64,000 bases of DNA, taken from the IMG/VR virus record IMGVR_UViG_3300031993_000018, positions 25,614 through 89,613 of that record; one strand, 5' to 3'. The notes beneath the pieces were generated by a model. It was not told the DNA's origin and ran no database searches. It saw only the letters and a list, made by a program, of their open reading frames with translations. The stretch's first letter is position 1. Each line of letters starts with the position of its first letter. A program made the position numbers and the translations under genes. This document shows, in pieces, positions 1 to 11,760 of this stretch. Source of the DNA: a virus (taxonomy: Duplodnaviria > Heunggongvirae > Uroviricota > Caudoviricetes).

Positions 1-187
1 AAGTCTCATAATCCTTTACTGAACCCTGGTAGTAACGGATTTTCTTCAAAAGGAAATTTTCCTGGTTATCTGCAACTTCTTTCTTATTTTTCTTTTCCTT
101 ATCCATAACTTAAATATAATATAATGTGATATAAAGTATTTATGGTTATACCATTTTTTGTTATATTTTATAAGTAATTTAGTGGTT

Positions 188-964
188 ATGGGTAAAAGTT
201 ATTATGATGTACTGGGTGTGAAGTCAAATGCAACCCAGGATGAAATAAAAAAGGCATACAGAAACCTCTGTAAGAAGTATCATCCGGATAAAAACAAGGG
301 TGATGATACAAAGATAAAGGAGGTCAATGAGGCATATGCTGTCATTGGTGATGAAACCAAAAGGAAGGAGTATGATGCTCAAAATTCTATGGGTGGATTC
401 GGAAGCGGATTCAGTGGATTCAATTTCAAACAGATGGCAAGAGACATCAATATGAACATAACTATCACTCTTGAAGATGCTTATTATGGATGTAAACACC
501 CCATCAATGTAAATGGTAAGTTATATACTGTTGATGTCCCCAAGGGTATCACAAACGGAAGGATGTTGAGAATAGAAGGTCTTGGTCAGGCAGGTTACAA
601 CATATATGGTCAACCAGCAAAAGGAGATCTCATAGTAAGGGTAAATGTTCAGACATCAGATAAATTCAGTCTGACATCTATGACAAATGGTACAACTGTC
701 CTTGAAATGATGCAGGCCATTGATTGGATAGATGCAATCCTGGGAACAGAGATGACTGTCAAGGTATTTGACAGGAGTGTTAAGGTCAGGGTTCCGAAAT
801 TCACACAGAATGGAGGTTATGTTATGGTAGGAGGACAGGGATTCCATAAGTACAATTCAGATGAATTGGGAAGTTTGAGGGTGAACTTCATAGTCAGGAT
901 GCCAAAGAGTCTCACTGATGAACAGATTAAACAACTACAAAAAATAAAAGAGAGTCTTGAGTGA
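188..964 (+). CDS. dnaJ: DnaJ/CbpA-type co-chaperone (J domain + C-terminal domain, no Zn finger)
   Basis: N-terminal YYDVLGV...[17 protein letters not shown] domain with HPD motif; GDLIVRV C-terminal domain. Start moved to ATG at 188. Confidence 0.9.
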   Translation: MGKSYYDVLGVKSNATQDEIKKAYRNLCKKYHPDKNKGDDTKIKEVNEAYAVIGDETKRKEYDAQNSMGGFGSGFSGFNFKQMARDINMNITITLEDAYYGCKHPINVNGKLYTVDVPKGITNGRMLRIEGLGQAGYNIYGQPAKGDLIVRVNVQTSDKFSLTSMTNGTTVLEMMQAIDWIDAILGTEMTVKVFDRSVKVRVPKFTQNGGYVMVGGQGFHKYNSDELGSLRVNFIVRMPKSLTDEQIKQLQKIKESLE

Positions 965-991
965 CTCTCTTTTTTGATATATTGATTTGAA

Positions 992-1549
992 TTAGAATAC
1001 AAAATCAATGATGTTGTTGATAACACCTGGATCACACAGGAAATCTATGTTCACCTTTGCTTCATACTTATTACCGGATATTTCCCTTGATGAGAGTGAC
1101 TTTTCCCTGTAGTAGTTCTTGAAGGCCTTTACAACAACAGTGATGGTGTCAAGGTCAGTTGCCTTGGTGAGATCTGAATAGTTTGTTCTACCAATGAAAA
1201 GTTTACCAGGTTTCTGGACAATTATGTTGGGAAGGATGTTCTCAACAAGGATTTTCTTCAATGTCTCTGTGTCTGCATCCTTGTTTACAGCATCAATGAT
1301 GAATCCTCCGAATGACTGACCATTGATTGACTCATTCATAAGGTAACCCAGTTTGGTGATACCCTTCAGTTCACCATCAACAGTACCCTGGCAGTCAAAC
1401 CAGAATGGGATTCTTTCTTCGATGAGTTTGCAAAGAACTGTTTCAAAAGTGTTCTTGAAATCATTATAGGTGAGTTTTCTACCCTCCCTTTCATTTCTAT
1501 AATTTGTCAAAGCCCCTTCAGTGAGGAACTGTTTCCAATTTGGCATCAT
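992..1549 (-). CDS. hypothetical protein
   Basis: 185-aa ORF sharing a bidirectional terminator with dnaJ; N-terminus WKQFLTE. Confidence 0.7.
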   Translation of the reverse strand: MMPNWKQFLTEGALTNYRNEREGRKLTYNDFKNTFETVLCKLIEERIPFWFDCQGTVDGELKGITKLGYLMNESINGQSFGGFIIDAVNKDADTETLKKILVENILPNIIVQKPGKLFIGRTNYSDLTKATDLDTITVVVKAFKNYYREKSLSSREISGNKYEAKVNIDFLCDPGVINNIIDFVF

Positions 1550-1607
1550 AATGTTATACTGTTTAAATTTTTACTATATTATATTTATGAAAAGCCATAA
1601 ATAACTT

Positions 1608-2552
1608 ATGAGAAAAATCAGTGAAATATTAAGTGAATCTGTCTGGGGTGGAATACTTGACAGGGGTGCTGGAAATAAGATAAGAAAGGAGGATGACATC
1701 AATAATCTTGATGGTGAGGGATTATATGATTATATAAAATCCCATTATAAACTCTTTAATACTATTGATATGGCATATTTACCAGAATCAAGTAGAATTG
1801 ATGTTCCTATTTTTATGCGTGGAGGTAGTAGAGGACTATCTTTCAATTATGAAAAAAAGGTAGTGTTTACAAATTATTTTATGCCATATAGCATATCTGG
1901 TTTATTTCCAAAATTGACACATAGATTTACAGTGAAGGCAGATTCAGATGAAAACCCATCACTTTATATGATTTATCCAAAAGATGATGTTAGAATTGAA
2001 GTGACAAACAAATTCTTTATTGAAGTCATTGATTTCCTTCTGGAAAATGTTCCTGAAAATGATAGATGCATAGAAAAAATAGTTGAAGAATCAGTCTGGG
2101 GAGGTATCCTTGACAGAGGTGCTGGTGAGACCATAAGGAAAGAGAATGATGTGGATAATATGGATCCAGAAACATTCAAAGAATATTTGAAAAGATTATA
2201 TAAACCTCTGAATTCATATGCCATAATAATCAATTCAAAAGGTATAATAAGTGTTCCAATTATAAAAAAAGATGTAAATTGTAGTATATGCTTCAACACT
2301 AATGTTGAAAAAAATGGTATATCTATTACAGATGATATTATTAATTATGTAAATGGTTTACTCAACAAATTGGAACATATTTATATGGTTGATGAAGTTG
2401 ATATACAAATAAGTAAGGTTTATATAATCTCACCAAAGGATGAAAGTGATGTAACAAATTCATTTTTTATTGAAGTGGTTAATTTCCTTTTGAAGAATAT
2501 ACCTGATTCCTACACCAAATCACTTGAAATCATTGACAAAAATCATAAATAA
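1608..2552 (+). CDS. hypothetical protein with internal tandem duplication
   Basis: ESVWGGILDRGAG..IRKE.D occurs twice; CATAAATA motif at 1596-1603 just upstream. Confidence 0.8.
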   Translation: MRKISEILSESVWGGILDRGAGNKIRKEDDINNLDGEGLYDYIKSHYKLFNTIDMAYLPESSRIDVPIFMRGGSRGLSFNYEKKVVFTNYFMPYSISGLFPKLTHRFTVKADSDENPSLYMIYPKDDVRIEVTNKFFIEVIDFLLENVPENDRCIEKIVEESVWGGILDRGAGETIRKENDVDNMDPETFKEYLKRLYKPLNSYAIIINSKGIISVPIIKKDVNCSICFNTNVEKNGISITDDIINYVNGLLNKLEHIYMVDEVDIQISKVYIISPKDESDVTNSFFIEVVNFLLKNIPDSYTKSLEIIDKNHK

Positions 2553-2571
2553 CATATAAGAAGTTTATAAT

Positions 2572-3720
2572 ATGGAAAATATTAAGAAAAGATTGTCTGA
2601 AATAATTGAGCAGGCAAGCAGTGTATCACCAAAGTGTCAGTATTGCCAGTCATATAAGACCGGCGGTTGCTCATTCGGTTGTGTGAATGAGAGGGTAAGA
2701 ATAACATCTCCCAATTATTCTTGTGAGAATTTCAATGCCAACTATACACTCAATGAGAAGACACTTGACAATTTGAAAGACCTCTTGAAGGCAGCTGAAA
2801 GAGTTGATGATGGTATGAAGAATCTGGATCTCCTCCTTTCAGGTAAGATTACTGAAGATGAGTTTAATGATATTGTAGGATAATATGCAGAAGGATGTAT
2901 TGAAATTTGAGGATTTTGTCAATGAGGAATTGAACTATACAGATTACATTCACCCTGATAATGGTGTCTGCCGTTTGAGTGACAGGTGGTTCTATTATAA
3001 CCTGGATGATGATATCATATATGGTACAGATGAGAAACCGGTCCTGGATGACAATATCCTCTTTGCATTTAATCCTGTTTCCTGCACAATCATAGTGGAT
3101 GGTGAGGAGAAACAGTATGATGTCAATAATCCAATATGTCTCATCCATTATGACACTGTAAACAATGAGGTATTTTTCTTTATAAAAGAAGAAAAAGGTT
3201 ATGATCCCCTGGAATATTTGCAACTTGAGTTTGATTTCAAGGGAGATGACCTCACATCAACTCGTTCAAGACATAGATTGGAATATCTGTTCCAGAAACA
3301 GGATAATGACAAACTCATACTTATCTATGGAGACCAGTTGATTGCATCCAATTTTGATGTGATAGAAGAAAATTAAAGATTATGACTATGTTTGTAAAAT
3401 CTTTCAAAGAATTTATTAATGAAAATATAGAGAAAACAAATCAAATAAACCTTGATGAGATAGATCAGTTGTTTGATTATGAACTGTTTGATAATGGTGA
3501 TACCAATTATTATTTCACTACTGATAAACCTTCTCCAAATAATGATGATACAATGGCACAGTTCCTTGATATGGTTGAAGAAAGTGATGATTCAATAACT
3601 TGGGAGGTTGATGGTTCACAGGCATTTGCTGAAAGACCTGATGGAACAAAGATACAACTTGATGCCGGAGGTGATGGAGACTTCACACATCATTTGGTTA
3701 TGGTTACTGTTATTAAATAA
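2572..3720 (+). other. three co-oriented hypothetical CDS (2572-2883, 2885-3376, 3382-3720)
   Basis: Tightly packed ORFs from the track; the last two start with a KxFxE/DF(V/I)NE motif. Confidence 0.75.
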
Positions 3721-3856
3721 AATACATAACATATGAAAATAGAAAGGGTTGGATTTCTCCAACCCTTTGTTGTTACCTGGGTGTCTAAATTGTTTCTGAG
3801 CACCTCATCTGGTAACAATATGTTGTGTGTTTTGTTATATTTATGATATGGATTTT

Positions 3857-3888
3857 TTTGGATATTTGAAATAAATTCATTATCTTTG
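3857..3888 (+). promoter_or_regulatory. Bacteroidota sigma-A promoter (-33 TTTG, -7 TAnnTTTG)
   Basis: TTTG 3857-3860, 20-nt spacer, TATCTTTG 3881-3888, upstream of ORF 3908. Confidence 0.75.
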
Positions 3889-3907
3889 TAGTGTAAATAG
3901 ATAAAAT

Positions 3908-4321
3908 ATGAGTAAAGTAAAAAGACCGCAATTTTTTGCATTGTACAAGGATTTTCCAAATGGTGAAATAAAACCATATGATGTGCTTGGAGTTATTTTT
4001 GACAGGATTTTCACATCAAAGGGGACAATCAGTACCAATAATTTCTATATCTTTGATGATAAGTGGAACAGGATTCCTGTCAGAACAAAGGAGCAACTCC
4101 AGATGTTCATTGATGATTGGTTCAAATATCATTTCTGGGCAAAGTGTGAATGGGAATTTGTTGTCATAGACTGGCCATATAGGGATACAATAAAGGATTC
4201 ACATCCTGTCAAGATTGATGTGTACAGTCAGCTCAAACCCAATATACCATTCATTACTGATGTGGTATGGAATTACATTGAACCAAAACTTTCAAAACTG
4301 ATAGCAAAGGAGAATGAATAA
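3908..4321 (+). CDS. hypothetical protein
   Basis: 137-aa ORF directly after a promoter. Confidence 0.75.
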   Translation: MSKVKRPQFFALYKDFPNGEIKPYDVLGVIFDRIFTSKGTISTNNFYIFDDKWNRIPVRTKEQLQMFIDDWFKYHFWAKCEWEFVVIDWPYRDTIKDSHPVKIDVYSQLKPNIPFITDVVWNYIEPKLSKLIAKENE

Positions 4322-4814
4322 ACTTTTCATTGATGACCTCATTGATAGGTTTGGATGTGAACTGGAAACCATCTTGTGTGGTGACCAGAATATGGTGAAG
4401 TCAAAACTCATTGAGTTCGGTGATTGTGACAGGTTTCCTATGATCTGTTATGAACACACCAATGACAGTAACTTTGAGGTGGATTTGTCTGAAACCAAGT
4501 TCCTGAATGACCCCATCCATGCCGGTACCTGGATTATGGGTATCAATGATGATGAAATTGTCTTCATCCTCAATCTCAAGAACAGGAACAACATTTCATT
4601 TGAGATTGATGTATTTGAAGTCAGGGATGAATTGAGGGGTTCAGGAATAGGATCCAATCTGATTGCTGTGGTGGAATCTGTTGCAGAGGAATACTACAAA
4701 TGTATTGTGGTGAGTCCTTTTGACACAGATGCACAGAATTTCTGGGAGAAAATGGAATATGAGACAATGCATACCGGTAACCTAATAAAGAGACTTACTT
4801 ATGGAGAAAGTTGA
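4314..4814 (+). CDS. GNAT-family acetyltransferase
   Basis: IDVFEVRDELRGSGIGSNLI acetyl-CoA motif A and AQNFWEKMEY motif B. Confidence 0.75.
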   Translation: MNKLFIDDLIDRFGCELETILCGDQNMVKSKLIEFGDCDRFPMICYEHTNDSNFEVDLSETKFLNDPIHAGTWIMGINDDEIVFILNLKNRNNISFEIDVFEVRDELRGSGIGSNLIAVVESVAEEYYKCIVVSPFDTDAQNFWEKMEYETMHTGNLIKRLTYGES

Positions 4815-7222
4815 TGAAAAATGGCTGAAAAAGCATGGTTGGAAATGCTGGGTTGATGAGGTGACAGAAGACTGGGATTACAATACAAAAATCATCACCC
4901 ATCATACTGTATATGTGAAGAGTGAGGGTACTCCATCTTCCAAGAAGTACAAAAGAGCCAGGTGGGACCATACATACAGGAGAAAGTATCTTGTCAGTAA
5001 GAAGACAGGTAAGGAATATTTTACAGGTACTTCAAATTACTATATGTTCAGTGCCTTCGGTGACATATTCAATGTCGATAACAGGATCTCCCATAGGAAA
5101 TTTGATGCGGAAAAGATTGAGGCCGCTTTAACACTTTGTGGAATTAAATAATCAATGATATGAAGAATTTTTTAGTTTTAGTTATTTCACTGATGTTGCT
5201 TATTGGGTGTGGTCCATCAACATCAAGTTCAAGTCAGAGTTCAAGTACAAAAAATGCAACTGAAATTCGAGAGAGTAACAGGCATAATTTTGTCATAAAG
5301 AATGAGTGGGGTACAACCCAGATACAGAAGGCCAAGGTAATAGGTGTAGATAGATATGACTATCTAATCCAGAGGTTTGACTATGAGGGTAACACATACA
5401 TTCTGTATAAGGAGACAATAATCCAGGTAAACAAGTAATTATGGAAGATAAGAATTTCAACCTTGATTTCAATTTCCTTAAAACAGGATTCTGGCTCACA
5501 ATTTTCCTTGGTGTTATGAAGATCATGAAGGTTGTGGATATATCCAACTTCTGTGTCTTCCTACCTTTTATTGTTGCTGTAGGACTTATGTTCCTTCTGA
5601 TATTCATTATTGGTCTTATTACATTGTATCTGATGAATAATATGGAAAATGAACCCCAAAAGGATGATAAAGAGGGGGATAAGGATGAGTCTGAAGATGG
5701 GGATGAGTCATAAATACTATTATACAATGTAATTTTAATTGTTATGACTATTCGTGAAATTATCAATTCTCTTGAAGCAGAGAAAAATCAACTCAAAGAG
5801 GAACTCAATAACCTCAAAGAGGAAAAGAAACAACTCCAGGAGGCAAATAATACTCTCAAGAAAAAGAATGAGAAACTTGAGGCAGAGAATGAAAGTCTCC
5901 ATGAGGAAATAAAGTCTATGTATGAACCTTCAAAAGATGTTTATACACCTATGGAAGATGAGACTGAAAAACCAAAGAGAAACAGGAAAAAGAAAGTTGA
6001 ACCTATAGAAGAATTGGAAAATGCCTAAAAACTGGAGAGAAAATCTCAAATTCAAAATCAAGAAACTTGAGAAAGGTGACACATTTTATACCTATGATGG
6101 TTATAAGAATCACATCCTGGATTTTGTAAATGATGAGAAGACTGACACCAAACTTGTTGTATATAAGTCTTGGTTGAAGTACAAAGGATATTGGGGTTAT
6201 TACTGCAAAAGTATAGAAGAACTGTTATATGGAATATGTCTTCTGTATGAGGATGTAATTCCCAAAAAAGACAGAGTCAAGTTTTTTGAAATGAATGGTG
6301 CTGATTGTATGGGTTGGGTTAAATAATTAGATTTATGTCAAATGTTTTGAATATTGCTCTCAGAAAGGATGCTTTCGAGAAGCTCATAAATGGGGAAACC
6401 AATGAAATCCCCATAAAGAAAAATGACTGGTGGAAGAAGAGACTGATTGACCAGGAGACAGGTGTATATAAGAAGTTTGATACTGCCAGTGTCACTTGCG
6501 GATCCGCAGAGAAATTCCTTTATACAATTGAAAAGATTGAACTGAAGGGTAACAAGTTCATCATCACTGTTGAACCAGTTAGATGGATAGATAGTAATGG
6601 TGATATTGTTGAACCGGGTGATTCTGATTCAGATTCGGATTTTGATGATTTTTCAGAGGAGTTGAAGGATACAAACAAGAATCCTGAACTTCTTGAACCC
6701 ACCAATGTCAATCCTGTCACAATGAATCCTGATGGCAGTGTAACCCAGACAGTACCCCATATATTGACAGAGGAGGAAAAACAGGCAATAATCCAGAAGT
6801 ATATGAAGAAAGTCCAGGCCCAGCTCACTGATGACATAGAGGAGAATGATGTTGATGTGAAGACCAGGGTATTGAACATTCTTGATTCATTCTGTGAGAA
6901 TAAGGATGTGTTTGTTGTCAATATGCCGAATGTCACAATCAGGTATAATGGTCAGATTGTTGGTTATCATGGAGGACGTAAACTTATCGCAGATCGTGAC
7001 TCTGATGTGAGGATAGACTTCAAGAAGCATGAACTTGTCATGATGCAATATGAAACCAATGATGATGGTTTTATCAAGTACATCAATGATTACCTGGACA
7101 GCATGCTTAAGAACAATTATGTGTTCATCAACCGGAAATCCAGTGGGTTCTATATGGATGCAAATGGTGAATTGGTCTTCAGGATATTTGCGGTGTCAAA
7201 GAAGAAATACCTGTTCAAATAA
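4801..7222 (+). other. run of six hypothetical CDS (4801-5151, 5160-5438 lipoprotein-like, 5441-5713 membrane, 5744-6028 coiled-coil, 6021-6326, 6335-7222)
   Basis: Abutting/overlapping + strand ORFs ending at the terminator near 7228. Confidence 0.75.
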
Positions 7223-7227
7223 AAAGA

Positions 7228-7261
7228 TGAAAAAGAGGGTGAGCAATCATCCTCTTTTTTG
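7228..7261 (+). terminator. intrinsic terminator
   Basis: AAAAAGAGGGTGA-GCAA-TCATCCTCTTTTT hairpin plus T-tract. Confidence 0.8.
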
Positions 7262-7295
7262 TTATATTTAATTGTGTAATTTTAATCTTAAATAT

Positions 7296-7955
7296 ATGAC
7301 AGAATTTGAAAAGTTTTTAAGAGGCAATAATGTGTCTTCTCTGACATTAGGTAAGTATTCATCAAAAATCAATGCCGGTTACATCAACCCCACAATTCTT
7401 GAAGAGAGGAAGATGAATGTGACACAGATGGATGTGTTCTCAAGACTTATGCAGGATAGAATCATCTTCCTTGGTACCGAGATTGATGCAGATGTGGCCA
7501 ATATCATAAATGCCCAGCTTCTGTGGTTGGACAGTATGGGTGAAGAGGAAATAACAATGATGATCAATTCTCCAGGTGGTGTGTGTTATGATGGCCTGGC
7601 CATTATTGACACAATGAACTACATATCATCACCTATCACAACACAATGTGTAGGTATGGCAGCATCAATGGCTGCTGTCATTCTGTCTGCCGGTGAGAAG
7701 GGTCACCGTTTCGCACTTCCTCATTCAAGGGTTATGATTCATCAGCCTATTGGTGGTGCTCATGGTCAGGCAAGTGATATCCTCATTGAGGCAGAACAGA
7801 TCAAGATATTGAAGGATGAACTGTGTGGTATTATTGCAGAGAATTCAGGTAAACCACTTAAGCAGGTTCTGAAGGATGCAGACAGGGATTACTGGATGAT
7901 TGCCTCTGAAGCAAAGGAATATGGTTTGATTGATAATATAATCACAAAGAAATAA
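7296..7955 (+). CDS. clpP: ATP-dependent Clp protease proteolytic subunit
   Basis: MDVFSRLMQDRIIFLG, INSPGG, AASMAAV (Ser), RVMIHQP (His), DRDYWM (Asp); Bacteroidota-type N-terminus ILEERKMNVTQMD. Start moved to 7296. Confidence 0.95.
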   Translation: MTEFEKFLRGNNVSSLTLGKYSSKINAGYINPTILEERKMNVTQMDVFSRLMQDRIIFLGTEIDADVANIINAQLLWLDSMGEEEITMMINSPGGVCYDGLAIIDTMNYISSPITTQCVGMAASMAAVILSAGEKGHRFALPHSRVMIHQPIGGAHGQASDILIEAEQIKILKDELCGIIAENSGKPLKQVLKDADRDYWMIASEAKEYGLIDNIITKK

Positions 7956-7956
7956 T

Positions 7957-8480
7957 ATGAAACAGATTTACAAAAAGAAACCTGAATATCTGGATGTTGT
8001 ATTTGTAGCGGATGACACCCAGAGTATCAAGGATGTATATGAGATGGCAGGTGTTGATAATGCCAATATACACTTTGATTCAAATGGTGAGAGGGTTATT
8101 ACCCTGGATGAGAACACCAACATCACTGTTGGAATGGTTGTGTTCAAGGATAAGAAGACAGGTAAACTTGTGGTTATGCCACAGGAGAAACTCCTTCAGT
8201 TCTATGATGTTTATGATGAAGAGGTAATATCAGATACAAAAGATAAATAATTATGAGTTACAAAGTTAATAAGGAAAATTCCAATGTATCAACCACATGG
8301 AGTATTGAAAAATTATATGAGACAGCATTAACGGTTGAGAATCTTGTTGATACACTCAAAGTAGTGGATGCTTTAAAGAAAAAATATCCTAAAGATGATA
8401 CTATTGCAGCATTTGATGAGGTTGTAAGGGAAGAGTTGTGCAATATGTTCGGTGGAACACTTAATGATGAGGAGAAATAA
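7957..8480 (+). other. two hypothetical CDS (7957-8250, 8253-8480)
   Basis: Packed + strand ORFs. Confidence 0.7.
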
Positions 8481-8481
8481 T

Positions 8482-9033
8482 ATGAAGGTTAATATAGTTA
8501 CAGCACCCGAACACAGGTATTTCCCAAAGGATTCTCTGAAGATTTTTCTTGCCGGTGGTATATGTAATTGCATAGACTGGCAGAAATCTCTCATTGATGA
8601 GTTCACAAAGGAAAATAATCAGTTTTATATTGACAATCCGACATATGATGAGATGTATCTTCTGAACCCCAGGAGAGCAGATTGGATTGAGGAACCAGGT
8701 GCAGCAGAAAGACAGATTGAATGGGAGTTTGACATGATTGAGAGATGTGATGTGTTCTCTATGTATTTTGCAGGAGGAGATTCATTACAACCAGTATGTA
8801 TGTATGAACTCGGAAGGAACATCATAAGGATGCAGAACAAATATCCTAATTCATGGAGATACAGGATAGTCATTACCTGTGATGAAAATTATAAGAGACT
8901 CAATGATGTACTTGTACAGACAAGACTTGCAACAGATGGTCTCATATCTGTAAATGTATCAAAGGGAGAAGAATCTATATTAAGACATGCAGATGCTATC
9001 AAGAAAGCACTAAAATATGTCTATAATGAATAA
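8482..9033 (+). CDS. nucleoside 2-deoxyribosyltransferase-like protein
   Basis: KIFLAGGI..C.DWQ, LNPRR.DW, QIEWE.D.IE..D pattern. Start moved to 8482. Confidence 0.75.
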   Translation: MKVNIVTAPEHRYFPKDSLKIFLAGGICNCIDWQKSLIDEFTKENNQFYIDNPTYDEMYLLNPRRADWIEEPGAAERQIEWEFDMIERCDVFSMYFAGGDSLQPVCMYELGRNIIRMQNKYPNSWRYRIVITCDENYKRLNDVLVQTRLATDGLISVNVSKGEESILRHADAIKKALKYVYNE

Positions 9034-9964
9034 TGGAGTAATTTCAAGAGGTATTTTTATTCCACCCATTAATGTTGGAAACAATATTATAAACAATATT
9101 ACTGATGCTGTACTTGATACAGTGAAAACAGTAAATCAGGATGGAAGTGTCACCTATGACATCAATGATAAAGATGTTATAGGTGTCACTCAATCTATTA
9201 TTTCCGAATCCCTTAACAGATATGTCACTGTTGATGAAATAGCAGCTGACATTGAAAAGAAATTCGGTCCTGATGCAAGTATTGTCCTTATATCTCCCAT
9301 CTATTCCAGGAACAGGTTTTCCATAATACTCAAAGGTATTGCAAGGGCAGCAAAGAAACTCATATTCTGTATGCCTATGGTTGATGAGGTTGGTAACCCT
9401 TGTGGTGTCAATCCTTTCACAGGTGTCAATATTATGGAGTATTATAAGGTTATCTGTGAAATGGAAAACTGTGAATGTGTGATGGATGACAAAGAATGGA
9501 GAAACAGGAAATATCCGGTACTTGATTGCAGACTTCATAATAAGCAGATTCCCAAACCCACAAAAATGATTTATTGGCATATTGATGAGATATGTTCAGA
9601 TGTAAGTTCTGACTGGGGACTTTTGGGATCTGGCAGGGATTCATCAGAAAGAATCAGGTTGTTCCCTGGTGTTGAAACATCAAACAAGATATGTAAAATC
9701 ATCAAGAAAACCATAAGGAAGAGAACAGGAAAAGATGTCATTGTATGTGTATATGGTAATGGATGCCTGAAAGACCCAGTCTATGGTGTATGGCAGTTTG
9801 CAGATCCTGTTACAATGCCTGGTTATACAGACAAGGAACTTCTTGAAACTGTTTCATATGGTTCAACACCAATATTGCACAGGGATTTACTTGCATCACT
9901 TATGAACCTGACTTCAAGAGATGAAACACCTATTGTATTGATTCAAAACTATTTTAAAGACTGA
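9017..9964 (+). CDS. F420-0:gamma-glutamyl ligase (CofE)-like protein
   Basis: SRGI..P.I..G, DKDVIGVTQS, SRNRFSI.LKGIAR.AKK, VYG.G..KDPV..W..ADPV..P.YT resemble the CofE-like family of non-methanogenic bacteria. Confidence 0.55.
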   Translation: MSIMNNGVISRGIFIPPINVGNNIINNITDAVLDTVKTVNQDGSVTYDINDKDVIGVTQSIISESLNRYVTVDEIAADIEKKFGPDASIVLISPIYSRNRFSIILKGIARAAKKLIFCMPMVDEVGNPCGVNPFTGVNIMEYYKVICEMENCECVMDDKEWRNRKYPVLDCRLHNKQIPKPTKMIYWHIDEICSDVSSDWGLLGSGRDSSERIRLFPGVETSNKICKIIKKTIRKRTGKDVIVCVYGNGCLKDPVYGVWQFADPVTMPGYTDKELLETVSYGSTPILHRDLLASLMNLTSRDETPIVLIQNYFKD

Positions 9965-9965
9965 T

Positions 9966-10379
9966 ATGGAAGACAAATTGAATTTGAGAGAAGACAAACC
10001 AATGTTTCTTCTCAGTGACATAGAAACAGAATTTCAGAGGTTGTATGACCATTACAGGAAAATACATCATGAGAATGATTATCTCAGGGAGGAAATTAAA
10101 AAGGTTAAATCTGAAACATACAAGAGTGAAGAAATTACCAGGTTGAAGGAGGAGAATGAGAAGTTGAGTGAAGACTATTACAGGGGATTCCCCATTTCAG
10201 AGGAAGAGGAAAAGAAGATCCATGAATGGATGGACAAACAGATGAAGAAAAATCCAAGTAATGGTGGTGCAATTGGTGGTAGATTCACATATGAATTTAT
10301 TCCAACTAGTATAGGTATCAACGGGACCATCAGGGACAGTTTAACTGGTGACAGTTTCAATTTCCAGGAACTTGGATAA
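9966..10379 (+). CDS. hypothetical coiled-coil protein
   Basis: 137-aa ORF ending at a bidirectional terminator (~10380-10412). Confidence 0.7.
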   Translation: MEDKLNLREDKPMFLLSDIETEFQRLYDHYRKIHHENDYLREEIKKVKSETYKSEEITRLKEENEKLSEDYYRGFPISEEEEKKIHEWMDKQMKKNPSNGGAIGGRFTYEFIPTSIGINGTIRDSLTGDSFNFQELG

Positions 10380-10414
10380 AAGAAAAGAGGAGTTAATCAC
10401 TCCTCTTTTTTTTG

Positions 10415-11209
10415 TTACCATTGAAGGAACTTGGGTGTATATGTGAAACCAAGTGTTATTCCTAATCCGATAGTAGGAACAAACTTTTGGTTGATGGGGT
10501 CATAACTCATACTTGCATTGGGACCAACTGCCACACCGAGACCACAATTCTTTCTCATACTTCTTTCATATGATTTACTCTGTTCTGCCACAATACCCAT
10601 ACCAGAATTGAACTGTACCCCAGGATAATCAGTCCTCAAATGTATGAATGTCTCATCAGTCTTTGTGTTTCTCTCCAACCATCCTTCCACAAATATGTTC
10701 TGGTCAAGAGTGAATGTCGCATTACCTGTGTGAAGTTCATTGTCTGTAACATTATAAGGTATTCCTACAGAGAATGATCTGCTTGATTTACCATAGTTGT
10801 CAGACTTTGCAATCTTAATCGTACCATCTTCAATTTCAGCATTTACCTCAACTTCCTTGATGATGGTTGTTTCAACAGTCACTGTATCTTTGACATGCAT
10901 ATTGGTGTTGATATATGTAAGATACTCCTTGTTTTTCTGCTTGAGAAGACCTATACTGTCCCTCAATTCCTTCTGTGTGAGTTGATATGCATGTTTCTCT
11001 GCATTTGCCCTACCCAGTTCATCCTGGTAATTTGTGATTTGTTCAGTAAGTGTGATTCTGTTGTTCTCCTGTCTGTTGATTTCATTGTTCAGATTACCTA
11101 TCTTACTGTGTTGGCAGGAAATTATGAACCCCAGACCAATTATAATACTGATAAAAATGAGATCCTTGTATTTCTTGAGATACTTCAAGATTTCTAAAAA
11201 CTTTTCCAT
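10415..11209 (-). CDS. membrane-anchored coiled-coil protein (possible spanin-like lysis accessory)
   Basis: N-terminal TM segment, coiled coil, beta-rich C-terminus ending in aromatic W. Confidence 0.5.
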   Translation of the reverse strand: MEKFLEILKYLKKYKDLIFISIIIGLGFIISCQHSKIGNLNNEINRQENNRITLTEQITNYQDELGRANAEKHAYQLTQKELRDSIGLLKQKNKEYLTYINTNMHVKDTVTVETTIIKEVEVNAEIEDGTIKIAKSDNYGKSSRSFSVGIPYNVTDNELHTGNATFTLDQNIFVEGWLERNTKTDETFIHLRTDYPGVQFNSGMGIVAEQSKSYERSMRKNCGLGVAVGPNASMSYDPINQKFVPTIGLGITLGFTYTPKFLQW

Positions 11210-11217
11210 AATATAGT

Positions 11218-11249
11218 TTTGGTTATATCAAAAATAATTGTTATATTTG
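11218..11249 (+). promoter_or_regulatory. Bacteroidota sigma-A promoter
   Basis: TTTG-N20-TATATTTG upstream of the kinase array. Confidence 0.75.
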
Positions 11250-11270
11250 TAATATGATAACAAAATATTT

Positions 11271-11759
11271 ATGGAGGTAATTATACCTATAGGAATATCG
11301 GGGTCTGGAAAGTCAAGACTTTATGAACAGAAATACAAGGATAAAGGATTTAAACTTATATCATCAGACCTTATATGTAAGAAAATAACTGGAGACATAA
11401 ATGACTATTCCAAAGAAGAGGAAGTATTTTATGAATTTTGTAGAATGATTGGTGAATCCATAGAGAAAGGTGAATCAATTTATTATGATAATTGTAATAT
11501 AACTACATATTCAAGAAAGATAGTCTCCTGGTGGTTTAAAGAAACAGGTGCCAAGGTAACATATCTTGTATTTCCTGTGGACTTTGACCTGTGTAAAAAG
11601 AGGATTGAAGAAGACCTCAAAAATGGTATTGAAAGGGGTAATGTTTCAGAACAAGTTTTATTATGGCAGTTTAATTTATACAAACAGTCACTTGATACTA
11701 AATTTGAGGGTGAAAATGTACAAGAGGTAATTTATCTCAAACCTGAAGAGTTGGATTAA
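11271..11759 (+). CDS. AAA_33/Pnk-kinase-like P-loop protein, paralog 1
   Basis: GISGSGKS Walker A; YYDNCN. Confidence 0.85.
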   Translation: MEVIIPIGISGSGKSRLYEQKYKDKGFKLISSDLICKKITGDINDYSKEEEVFYEFCRMIGESIEKGESIYYDNCNITTYSRKIVSWWFKETGAKVTYLVFPVDFDLCKKRIEEDLKNGIERGNVSEQVLLWQFNLYKQSLDTKFEGENVQEVIYLKPEELD

Positions 11760-11760
11760 T

